A stretch of DNA of 64,000 nucleotides from a virus (IMGVR_UViG_3300015050_000935:5095-69094); one strand, 5' to 3'; positions 53,269-60,137 are shown, numbered from the stretch's first letter. The notes: a model not told the origin generated them from the letters alone. Translations and numbers: made by a program.

Positions 53269-55001
53269 GCAAGAATCTTATCCCGCCCGGCGCGCTTGAT
53301 CGTCACATCGCGTTCCTCGGCGCCACTGGCTCCGGCAAAACCAGCGGGGCAAAACGCGCCGTGGTCGAGCCGGCGTTGATCGCCAAAGAGCGTGTCCACA
53401 TCATCGATCCGGCCGGCGCATGGTGGGGTTTGCGCATGAACTCCGATGGCGTCCGCAAAGGCTTCCCGATTTTCATTTTCGGCGGCGACCATGGGGACTA
53501 TCCACTGCGCGCCAAGGACGCCGAAATGCTCGCCGACGCCTTCGGGACGTCCAGCGATTCCGCAATCTTCGACACGTCCCTGATGAACGTATCGGAGCGC
53601 ACGGCATTTTTCACCGAGTTCGCCGAGGCGATCCGCCGCAAGAACCGTGGCCCGTTGAAATTCATCATTGACGAGGCGCATCTGTTCATGCCGCAGGCTG
53701 GTGCCCAGTTCGGCGGCGCGACGCCAGCGATGCTGCACGCGGGCAACAATCTGGTCAGCCTTGGCCGGTCCAAGGGGCTGCGCATTACGCTGATTTCCCA
53801 ACGCCCGGCCAAACTGCACAAGGACAGTCTCACGCAGGTGCAGTCCATGGTCGCCATGCGCTTGATGGCCCCGCAGGACCGCAAGGCCATCGCCGAGTGG
53901 ATCGCCGACCAGGCCGACCCGGAGCGTGGCAAGGAAATCATCGCATCCCTGCCGACCCTCAAGCCCGGAGAGGCTTGGGTATGGGCGCCGCAGGACGGCG
54001 TTCTTGATCGCGTGAAATTCCCGCTGCCCAAGTCCTTCGACTCAAGCAAGGCCCCCACCTCCGCCGGCGACGGGCCGCAGCTTCCACCGATCGATTTGGA
54101 CAAACTCACCGGTCGGCTCAAAGCCGTGGAAACCGAACGCAAGGCCAATGACCCCAAAGCCCTGCGCGCCGAGATTGTTAAATTGACATCCGAAATGGCG
54201 CGGATGCGCAACGAACCGCGCATTGATGACGGGGCTATACAGGCAGCGGAACAGCGCGGATATTTGGCGGGCCACGATCAGGGCCTGCGCGCGGCTGAAA
54301 AATCCCATATGGAATTGAACGACAAAGTGCGCGAGGCTCTGGCCGATTTTAACAAAACTGTCGCGCGCGTCCTGAGCGACACCATCGTGGTCGCGGTGCC
54401 ACAGGAACAGCGATCCCTCCCTCTCCCGAAATCGGCCTCGCCAGCGGCTCCTAAAGCAAAGGCCGTGGACACGCCGATTAAACGCCCGGCACCCGCCGCG
54501 CGCGTACCATCACCGGCGGCGAGCGGTGATGGGTCTTTGACTGGGCCACAGGCCGCGCTTCTCCAGGCGCTCGCATGGTGGAAACGGATGGGGCACGACG
54601 CCCCAACGCGGATTCAGTGCGCGGCTATCGCCGGCTGGAAAACTACTGGCTCCAATATCAAAAACCGGCTTTCAGAACTCTCCCAGATGGGAATGGTCAC
54701 CTACCCGGCGACCGGTAAAGTAAGCCTGACCGCCTCCGGCCTCGCCCATGCGCCGGAGCCGGATATGTCCGCGACGCTGGTGGATAGCGTGCGGAAAATC
54801 CTCACCGGCCCGCAAACGACAGCGTTTAACATCCTGCTGAAACAGGGGGAGGAAATGACCCGATCCGACCTCGCCTCGGCGTGCGGCTGGGAGGAGGGCG
54901 GGAGCAACATCAAGAATCGGCTCTCCGAGTTAAGCCGTCTCGAAATCGTCACCTATCCCGGCACGGGGCGCGTGCAACTCCAAGATTGGATCACCTCCTG
55001 A
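53265..55001 (+). CDS. HerA/FtsK-type (DUF87) ATPase with tandem C-terminal winged-helix repeats
   Basis: GATGSGKT, IIDEAH, ISQRPA; two GW...SNIKNRLSELS...VTYP repeats. Confidence 0.85.
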   Translation: MSKNLIPPGALDRHIAFLGATGSGKTSGAKRAVVEPALIAKERVHIIDPAGAWWGLRMNSDGVRKGFPIFIFGGDHGDYPLRAKDAEMLADAFGTSSDSAIFDTSLMNVSERTAFFTEFAEAIRRKNRGPLKFIIDEAHLFMPQAGAQFGGATPAMLHAGNNLVSLGRSKGLRITLISQRPAKLHKDSLTQVQSMVAMRLMAPQDRKAIAEWIADQADPERGKEIIASLPTLKPGEAWVWAPQDGVLDRVKFPLPKSFDSSKAPTSAGDGPQLPPIDLDKLTGRLKAVETERKANDPKALRAEIVKLTSEMARMRNEPRIDDGAIQAAEQRGYLAGHDQGLRAAEKSHMELNDKVREALADFNKTVARVLSDTIVVAVPQEQRSLPLPKSASPAAPKAKAVDTPIKRPAPAARVPSPAASGDGSLTGPQAALLQALAWWKRMGHDAPTRIQCAAIAGWKTTGSNIKNRLSELSQMGMVTYPATGKVSLTASGLAHAPEPDMSATLVDSVRKILTGPQTTAFNILLKQGEEMTRSDLASACGWEEGGSNIKNRLSELSRLEIVTYPGTGRVQLQDWITS

Positions 55002-55012
55002 AAGGACGGACC

Positions 55013-55636
55013 ATGTACATCGTTTGCGATACCGAGGGCACTGGCATTTTCGATTACAAGGCCGCCGCCGATGCCGACGGCCAGCCGCGCATGGCTGAAC
55101 TGAGCCTTGTTTTTGCGAACGAGGATTTGGAAGTGGAGCGGGAATACACCGCGATCATCAAGCCGGACGGCTGGATCATGCCGCCGGAGGTGGCGGAGAT
55201 TCACGGCCTCACACAGGAAATCCTGATGGAGCAGGGCCTGCCGGTGCGCGAGGCGTTGGACGTGTATCTGGGCGCGATCGGCGAGGGTCGCGTGATGGCG
55301 GCGCATAATGCGCAGCACGATGCCAAGCAAATCAGGGGGGAGTTGCGCCGCGCCGGGCTGCCGGATGAATTCGAGAGCGCGCCGAACCTCTGCACCATGC
55401 GGTCCCTGATAAAGGTGATCGGGCTCAAACAGGAGGGCTCCAACCGCGCCAAATGGCCGACCCTGCAAGAGGCGTGTGACTTCTTCGGCATCGAACGCCA
55501 CGGCGCCCACACGGGCCGCGGCGACGCCATGGACGTGCTGATGGTGATGCGCCGCATGAAGGCGATCGGGATACTGCCCGAGGCCAAGGTCCACTACGCC
55601 AAAAATCCGCCGGCAAGAAAGGAAGTCACGCCGTGA
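55013..55636 (+). CDS. DEDDh 3'-5' exonuclease (DnaQ-like)
   Basis: DTEGTG, HNAQHD, HTGRGDA; ATG 55013 after AAAGGA. Confidence 0.85.
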   Translation: MYIVCDTEGTGIFDYKAAADADGQPRMAELSLVFANEDLEVEREYTAIIKPDGWIMPPEVAEIHGLTQEILMEQGLPVREALDVYLGAIGEGRVMAAHNAQHDAKQIRGELRRAGLPDEFESAPNLCTMRSLIKVIGLKQEGSNRAKWPTLQEACDFFGIERHGAHTGRGDAMDVLMVMRRMKAIGILPEAKVHYAKNPPARKEVTP

Positions 55637-55998
55637 GCACAAAGCCTCCAAAGGGCGAAAAGCCCGCCGACACCATCCGCTTTCAGGCCGCGCAGTTGGA
55701 CATGCTGTATAAACGATGCGACGACTTGTCAGCCGCCCGAGGGAAGGCCGAGGCCGATCGGCAGAATGCCGAAAAAGAAAAGCGTGAAATAAGCGCGAGC
55801 CGGGACAGATATGTTGAGCAGCGTAATTCATACAAGCTGCGCGCGGAGAGACTTGAGGTAGAGGTGGCGCGCCTCCAAGGCTATATCAACCGCGTGCGCG
55901 AGGCGGAAGGCGGGCCTCCGGCGCACACAGATCGCGGGCCATCCATCGGCGACCTTGATTTTACCGGGCCAGCTAACGGTCCAGATCGGCTCCGGTGA
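55633..55998 (+). CDS. Coiled-coil hypothetical protein
   Basis: Coupled ORF. Confidence 0.55.
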   Translation: MSTKPPKGEKPADTIRFQAAQLDMLYKRCDDLSAARGKAEADRQNAEKEKREISASRDRYVEQRNSYKLRAERLEVEVARLQGYINRVREAEGGPPAHTDRGPSIGDLDFTGPANGPDRLR

Positions 55999-56261
55999 GA
56001 ATCGATCACACCGAGATTGACGAACGCATTGCGGCCCGCGCCGACGAATTCCGCGCGGGCCAGATCACCGAGACGGTATTCCGGGCCGCAGTGTTCGCGC
56101 TCGGGAAGCGGGGCCAGGAACTGGACCTGATCGTCCGGCATCACCAGCAGTTAAAATACGAGGCATCACATGCGCCTGACCGGGCATCAGATCATGATGG
56201 CGGTGTGCCATCACATGAAAATCCACCCTGCGGAACTGCAAGGGAAAAGCCGCGACCCTAA
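55995..56261 (+). CDS. Hypothetical protein
   Basis: Coupled start; 3' end overlaps the next gene. Confidence 0.45.
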   Translation: MRIDHTEIDERIAARADEFRAGQITETVFRAAVFALGKRGQELDLIVRHHQQLKYEASHAPDRASDHDGGVPSHENPPCGTAREKPRP

Positions 56262-56481
56262 AATGGTCCGCGCCCGGCGCATCATCGCCCAGCGGATGAA
56301 GGCGCAGGACTACAAAATATCGATCATCGCGAAGCGCCTGAACCGGGATCACACCACGATCTATTCCTACCTGTTCCCGAATTTTCGCGCCGACAAGCAG
56401 CGCCGCTATTTGGAGAAAAAACGTGAAAAACTTGAAGCCCGAGCATTACAAGAACAGCAACATTCGGCCCATCCGGGCTGA
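56170..56481 (+). CDS. Stand-alone DnaA domain-IV-like HTH protein
   Basis: ELQGKSR...VRARR...ISIIAKRLNRDHTTIY (DnaA signature RDHTT). Confidence 0.8.
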   Translation: MRLTGHQIMMAVCHHMKIHPAELQGKSRDPKMVRARRIIAQRMKAQDYKISIIAKRLNRDHTTIYSYLFPNFRADKQRRYLEKKREKLEARALQEQQHSAHPG

Positions 56482-56605
56482 TGACGGCTCTACCGCGCGC
56501 GGGCTCATGATCGCCCTCGCCTCGATCGCCAAGGGACAGGCCAGCAAATCGCAGCAGATCGCGCCGCTGGAAAAATTCCCGCCACACCCCACGGAGGAAC
56601 GATGA
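56423..56605 (+). CDS. Possible small protein
   Basis: Fills the gap before the 56607 ORF. Confidence 0.35.
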   Translation: MKNLKPEHYKNSNIRPIRADDGSTARGLMIALASIAKGQASKSQQIAPLEKFPPHPTEER

Positions 56606-56606
56606 A

Positions 56607-57095
56607 ATGTCTGACGATTCCAACACTGCTGATCGCCTGCCTGTTGCTCCTGAGTTCGTGCAGCGAGCGGTACAGCGAGCGGATGAATCCGCAGCCGCCT
56701 CTGTGCCGGGCCGCGAACCAACGATGCTAGAGCAGATGACGGCTCGCACGCGGTTGCCGACCGGCGAGGAGCGCACCCCGATCGAGCGCGCGCGCGACGA
56801 CTACAACCAGTTGCGCACCGACAATATGATCCTGATTGACGAGGTGCGCGCGTTGACGATCGAGCGCGATGTGCTACAGGCGCAGTTGACCGAGGAGCGC
56901 AAGGACAAGCACCGAATCCAGGTCAAATACGAGGAATGCGCCAAGCGCCTCGGCTCGATCATGCAGAACATGCGGACAGCCGGCGACAGTATCTTGCAGG
57001 TGATTCGGGCCTCGCAGGAGGCGGTCAGCGACGAACCGGGCCTGACGGATTTTGCCCCATCGGGCCTCACGGCAGGAAAAATCCAGACCCGCTGA
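56607..57095 (+). CDS. Coiled-coil hypothetical protein
   Basis: GGAGGA RBS; last gene before the terminator. Confidence 0.6.
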   Translation: MSDDSNTADRLPVAPEFVQRAVQRADESAAASVPGREPTMLEQMTARTRLPTGEERTPIERARDDYNQLRTDNMILIDEVRALTIERDVLQAQLTEERKDKHRIQVKYEECAKRLGSIMQNMRTAGDSILQVIRASQEAVSDEPGLTDFAPSGLTAGKIQTR

Positions 57096-57111
57096 TGTTT
57101 CACGTGAAACG

Positions 57112-57146
57112 AAAAACCCGCCGCGGATTTCTCCGGGCGGGTTTTC
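57112..57146. terminator. Bidirectional terminator between the early operon and the tRNA array
   Basis: AAAAACCCGCC...GGCGGGTTTT inverted repeat. Confidence 0.8.
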
Positions 57147-57150
57147 TATT

Positions 57151-57224
57151 TGGCAGGAGTGGAAGGAATCAAACCCTCGCGAGCGGAGTTGGAGGCCGCC
57201 ATGCTGTCATTACATCACACTCCC
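57151..57224 (-). tRNA. tRNA-Trp(CCA)
   Basis: Cloverleaf, loop CTCCAAC, G73, CCA; C31xU39; T-loop TTTGATT. Confidence 0.85.
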
Positions 57225-57228
57225 AAAT

Positions 57229-57305
57229 TGGTACTGACGGACTGATTCGAACAGTCTGCTCCCGGTTCACAGCCGGACCGCCCGTTGCCATCGAGCATCG
57301 TCAGC
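57229..57305 (-). tRNA. tRNA-His(GTG), A73, no G-1
   Basis: Loop CTGTGAA; T-arm GACTG/TTCGAAT/CAGTC. Confidence 0.85.
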
Positions 57306-57306
57306 A

Positions 57307-57377
57307 TGGTCGCGCACCCCGGTTTCGATCCGGGCTGATGGCCTTATGAGAGCCACGTCCTCGCCAGAGGGAGCGCG
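57307..57377 (-). tRNA. tRNA(CAT), mini-D-arm class (Met or Ile2 unresolved)
   Basis: CGCGCTC/CCTC-TGGC-GAGG/GTGGCT-CTCATAA-GGCCAT/CAG/T-arm; 71 nt. Confidence 0.75.
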
Positions 57378-57380
57378 GGT

Positions 57381-57452
57381 TGGCTGGGGTGGTCGGTGTC
57401 GAGCCGACCGCATCAGGCTTCAAAGGCCCAACTCCGCGCCGGCGGCACCCCG
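57381..57452 (-). tRNA. tRNA-Gln(TTG), mini-D-arm class
   Basis: Loop CTTTGAA, C1xA72, G73. Confidence 0.8.
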
Positions 57453-57458
57453 TTGAAT

Positions 57459-57533
57459 TGGCACTCCCTGCGGGTATCGATCCCGCTTCTACGGTGTGAA
57501 AAACCGCAATCCTAGCCAGTAGACGAAGGGAGC
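57459..57533 (-). tRNA. tRNA-Glu(TTC)
   Basis: Loop TTTTCAC, Glu-type D-stem GTCT. Confidence 0.85.
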
Positions 57534-57537
57534 ATGA

Positions 57538-57611
57538 TGGTGCGGGCTGCGAGGCTCGAACTCGCGTCTCTTGGTTGGAAGCCAAGGGTCCTACCTCTGA
57601 ACGAAGCACGC
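57538..57611 (-). tRNA. tRNA-Gly(TCC), A73
   Basis: CTTGG-CTTCCAA-CCAAG. Confidence 0.85.
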
Positions 57612-57639
57612 ATTTTTATGTCAAAAAATCGCATTAAAA

Positions 57640-57727
57640 TGGCGGAAGGCCGGAGACACGATCACCACACCGTCGCCGGTGCCATGCCCTTAGCAGGGGC
57701 CGCCAGCGCCTTGCTGGTTGACCTTCC
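57640..57727 (-). tRNA. tRNA-Ser(GCT)
   Basis: Loop CTGCTAA, long variable arm, G73; weak T-arm. Confidence 0.8.
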
Positions 57728-57728
57728 A

Positions 57729-57805
57729 TGGTGCTCGCGGGAGGGATCGAACCTCCATCGTCCAATTACGGTGTCCCGCTTAGGAGGCGGGGCCGGTACG
57801 CGAGC
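57729..57805 (-). tRNA. tRNA-Arg(CCT), D-armless with D-loop-like variable arm
   Basis: GCTCGCG-TACCGGC-CCCGC-CTCCTAA-GCGGG-ACACCGTAATTGGACGAT-GGAGG-TTCGATC-CCTCC-CGCGAGC-ACCA. Confidence 0.75.
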
Positions 57806-57809
57806 ATGT

Positions 57810-57884
57810 TGGCCGTCCCGCGAGGACTCGAACCCCGATTACCCGCTTAGAAGGCAGGCGCCTGTCCAGTTGGCCGACGGGACG
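57810..57884 (-). tRNA. tRNA-Arg(TCT)
   Basis: Canonical; D-loop AACTGGAC (A20). Confidence 0.9.
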
Positions 57885-57885
57885 A

Positions 57886-57959
57886 TGGAGTCGCCAGCAG
57901 GATTTCAACCTGCCTGTCCGGGGTTGCAATCCGGCGCGTAGTCACTCCGCCATGGCGAC
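57886..57959 (-). tRNA. tRNA-Cys(GCA)
   Basis: Loop TTGCAAC, U73. Confidence 0.85.
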
Positions 57960-57964
57960 AGAAT

Positions 57965-58034
57965 TGGCTGCGGACGAAAGACTTGAACTTTCATCACCCG
58001 GTTCAGAGCCGGGCTTACTCCCTGAGTATCCGCA
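57965..58034 (-). tRNA. tRNA-Gln(CTG), mini-D-arm class
   Basis: TGCGGAT/ACTC-AGG-GAGT/CCCGG-CTCTGAA-CCGGG; U1-A72, G73; 70 nt. Confidence 0.8.
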
Positions 58035-58037
58035 ATT

Positions 58038-58118
58038 TGGCCTGCACGGCAGGATTCGAACCCGCATCTTCCTCCAGTTAGCTTACTCCCGGTTCGTAGC
58101 CGGGGGGCTTACGTGCAG
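58038..58118 (-). tRNA. tRNA-Arg(ACG), D-armless with D-loop-like variable arm
   Basis: CTGCACG-TAAGCCC-CCCGG-CTACGAA-CCGGG-AGTAAGCTAACTGGAGGAAGAT-GCGGG-TTCGAAT-CCTGC-CGTGCAG-GCCA. Confidence 0.75.
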
Positions 58119-58122
58119 ATAT

Positions 58123-58197
58123 TGGCACTGCTGGCGGGTACTGACCCCGCGCCTGCCGGGTGAGAACCGACGATCCTGACCATTAGACGACAGCAGT
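58123..58197 (-). tRNA. tRNA-Glu(CTC)
   Basis: Loop TTCTCAC; T-loop GTCAGTA. Confidence 0.85.
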
Positions 58198-58201
58198 ATG
58201 T

Positions 58202-58280
58202 TGGCTCCGGTCGGCGGGATCGAACCGCCCTAATCACCGCTTAACAGGCGGGTCCATGCACCAAGCTCGGCTTGACCGGA
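58202..58280 (-). tRNA. tRNA-Asn(GTT)
   Basis: TCCGGTC/GACCGGA, loop CTGTTAA, G73. Confidence 0.85.
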
Positions 58281-58287
58281 ATAAAAA

Positions 58288-58359
58288 TGGTGGACCGACG
58301 GGGTAACGCTCCCCGCGCGACAATCTTGCAAGGATCGTCTGCACCCTTGTGCTCGGCCC
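58288..58359 (-). tRNA. tRNA-Ala(TGC), mini-D-arm class
   Basis: G3:U70, A73, 7-bp anticodon stem GACGATC/GATTGTC, T-loop AGCGTTA. Confidence 0.8.
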
Positions 58360-58432
58360 GTATTGGCCCCGGTGCGCAGCAATAGCACCGGTGGTCGCTA
58401 TAGGTCCCCTTTTCCACGGCGACCTCCTGAAA

Positions 58433-58508
58433 TGGTGCCCAGTCGTGGTTCCTCCCCACGCTCTCCGAGGCTTCAACTCGGCGCTTTCAATAGATTAGCT
58501 TACTGGGC
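58433..58508 (-). tRNA. tRNA-Phe(GAA)
   Basis: CCGAG-TTGAAGC-CTCGG; T-loop GGAGGAA; D-loop lacks GG. Confidence 0.8.
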
Positions 58509-58513
58509 TTGAT

Positions 58514-58587
58514 TGGTGCGGACACGGGGAGTCGAACCCCGGCTGAGAGTGTGGCACACTCCCCGACTTCCGTAATCTTTTGTCCGC
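58514..58587 (-). tRNA. tRNA-Gly(GCC), A73
   Basis: Loop GTGCCAC; reduced D-loop. Confidence 0.75.
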
Positions 58588-58681
58588 GTGTTGCTGGCCG
58601 CTGGCGCGCCCGTGGGCGTCTCGGCGTCGAGGCTGGAAGGGTGGCCAACCCATCCGCAGCGCACTCTCCAGCGGCGCATTC

Positions 58682-58769
58682 TGGTCCCCCGCCGTGGTAA
58701 CGATCCACGCCAGCCCGGAGGCGTCGGTTTTACAGACCGTGCCGCGTCCTTAGCGGCCTACCGAGGGGA
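58682..58769 (-). tRNA. tRNA-Tyr(GTA)
   Basis: Loop CTGTAAA, long variable arm, T-loop ATCGTTA. Confidence 0.85.
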
Positions 58770-58772
58770 ATT

Positions 58773-58848
58773 TGGTTGCGCAGGGAGGATTTGAACCCCC
58801 GACCTCCAAGTTATGAGCCTGGCGAGCTAACCGCTGCTCTACCGCGCA
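58773..58848 (-). tRNA. tRNA-Met(CAT), initiator-like
   Basis: GAGC/GCTC D-stem, CCAGG-CTCATAA, ends CGCAACCA as in alphaproteobacterial fMet. Confidence 0.85.
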
Positions 58849-59013
58849 ATAAACGGTGCCGGGCTATCAACTCCCGAGCGATGGTCCGCAGTTCATCCGT
58901 GCGGTCATGACAGCATCCGGCGATCAACCCGGATGGCCCCCCTTACGAGAGGTCTTGAGCGCCGCCTTTCGACGGACAAAAAGGGTTACCCCGATTTTCC
59001 GTCTTAGGCAACA

Positions 59014-59101
59014 TGGCGGACAGCCGAGGAATCGAACCCCCATCGCTTGCGCGAGCCACGGTTTTCAAGACCGCTGCCAGACCATTCCGGCTGGACTGTC
59101 C
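59014..59101 (-). tRNA. tRNA-Ser(TGA)
   Basis: Loop CTTGAAA, long variable arm, G73. Confidence 0.9.
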
Positions 59102-59106
59102 ATTGG

Positions 59107-59183
59107 TGGTCGTCACGGGATGACTCGAACACCCGGCCTCGGCCTTCGGAGGGCCGCGCTCTATCCAGTTGAGCTACGTGACG
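59107..59183 (-). tRNA. tRNA-Arg(CCG)
   Basis: Canonical; followed by a second encoded CCA (59104-59106). Confidence 0.9.
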
Positions 59184-59528
59184 TCATTTCTTTTTCGGCG
59201 CCGGGAAAAACTTCCGGGTCCGCTGATCTATAATCAGACTGTCATCCCGAACGATGCCCGGCTTTGTCAGCGTCGTGTGATCCATCGCCTGCTCCAACGC
59301 CAGATAGGCGTTGCCAAGGTCGGGAGTTGACGGGTTCACAAACAGCACGTCGAGAGCAATCGGGTGGTCGATCACTTCGGTGATGCCAATTTTGGCGAGC
59401 GCCTGGCGGATGAACACCCGGTACTGCTGGATGGTCCGCAGGTGCATCCGGCGATGCGGCGCGTCGTGAATCCAAAGCGACAGTTTCGGGATGTCCCGAT
59501 CGTCGTCGTACTCGGCAATGACGCGCAT
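59184..59528 (-). CDS. RusA-fold-like protein inside the tRNA array, catalytic residues degenerate
   Basis: ATG 59528 after GGAGG; PDLGNAYLALEQAMD...GIVRDDSLI versus the RusA consensus PDxDNxxKxxxD...DD. Confidence 0.65.
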   Translation of the reverse strand: MRVIAEYDDDRDIPKLSLWIHDAPHRRMHLRTIQQYRVFIRQALAKIGITEVIDHPIALDVLFVNPSTPDLGNAYLALEQAMDHTTLTKPGIVRDDSLIIDQRTRKFFPAPKKK

Positions 59529-59539
59529 GGCGTCCTCCA

Positions 59540-59616
59540 TGGTGGGCGGCCCCGGATTCGAACCGGGGTCGGACCTGTTATGAGCAGGTGGCACTGGGCC
59601 GCTGTGCTAACCGCCC
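59540..59616 (-). tRNA. tRNA(CAT), probably Ile2 (lysidine)
   Basis: GGGCGGT/GCCGCCC acceptor, A73, loop CTCATAA. Confidence 0.8.
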
Positions 59617-59727
59617 GATAGCAGCCCTGCTCCCGGCGCGACCGGGTTCGAGCCCGCCGACAGGCGTAGCGCCATGGTGCGCGTTGCCGACGGGCTCAGG
59701 AGGCGTCCACGACGCGCAGGGCAAAAT

Positions 59728-59806
59728 TGGTCTGCGTGGCAAGATTCGAACTTGCGATCCCCTGATTCCAAGTCAGGTAGGGACGACCAGACTCCCCTAC
59801 ACGCAG
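59728..59806 (-). tRNA. tRNA-Pro(TGG)
   Basis: C1-G72, A73, loop CTTGGAA. Confidence 0.9.
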
Positions 59807-59813
59807 ATGAAAA

Positions 59814-59888
59814 TGGCGCGACTTGCGGGTGCTGACCCCGCGACCTTCCCCGTGACAGGGGGATGCTCCGCCGTTGAGCTAAAGCCGC
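59814..59888 (-). tRNA. tRNA-Asp(GTC)
   Basis: Loop CTGTCAC, G73; T-loop GTCAGCA. Confidence 0.9.
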
Positions 59889-59894
59889 ATGAAA

Positions 59895-59981
59895 TGGTGC
59901 GCGTCGGGTGAATTGAACACCCACGGGATTGCTCCCACAGCCGTCTCAGGACTGCCTGTCTACCGGTTCCAGCAGACGCGC
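59895..59981 (-). tRNA. tRNA-Leu(GAG)
   Basis: Loop CTGAGAC, long variable arm, A73. Confidence 0.9.
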
Positions 59982-59984
59982 AAA

Positions 59985-60058
59985 TGGTGGACCACCACGG
60001 TACTGACCCGTGTTCACGGGGTTAAGAGGCCCGTGCATCACCTTAATGCTTGTGGTCC
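59985..60058 (-). tRNA. tRNA-Lys(CTT)
   Basis: Loop CTCTTAA; C31xC39; T-loop GTCAGTA. Confidence 0.85.
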
Positions 60059-60062
60059 GCGA

Positions 60063-60137
60063 TGGTGAACCCGCTCGGTACTGCCCCGAGTTCGCATGGG
60101 TTAAAAGGCCAGCGTGCTACTTTCCTACTCCGGGTCC
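60063..60137 (-). tRNA. tRNA-Lys(TTT)
   Basis: Loop CTTTTAA; C31xC39; T-loop GGCAGTA. Confidence 0.8.
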
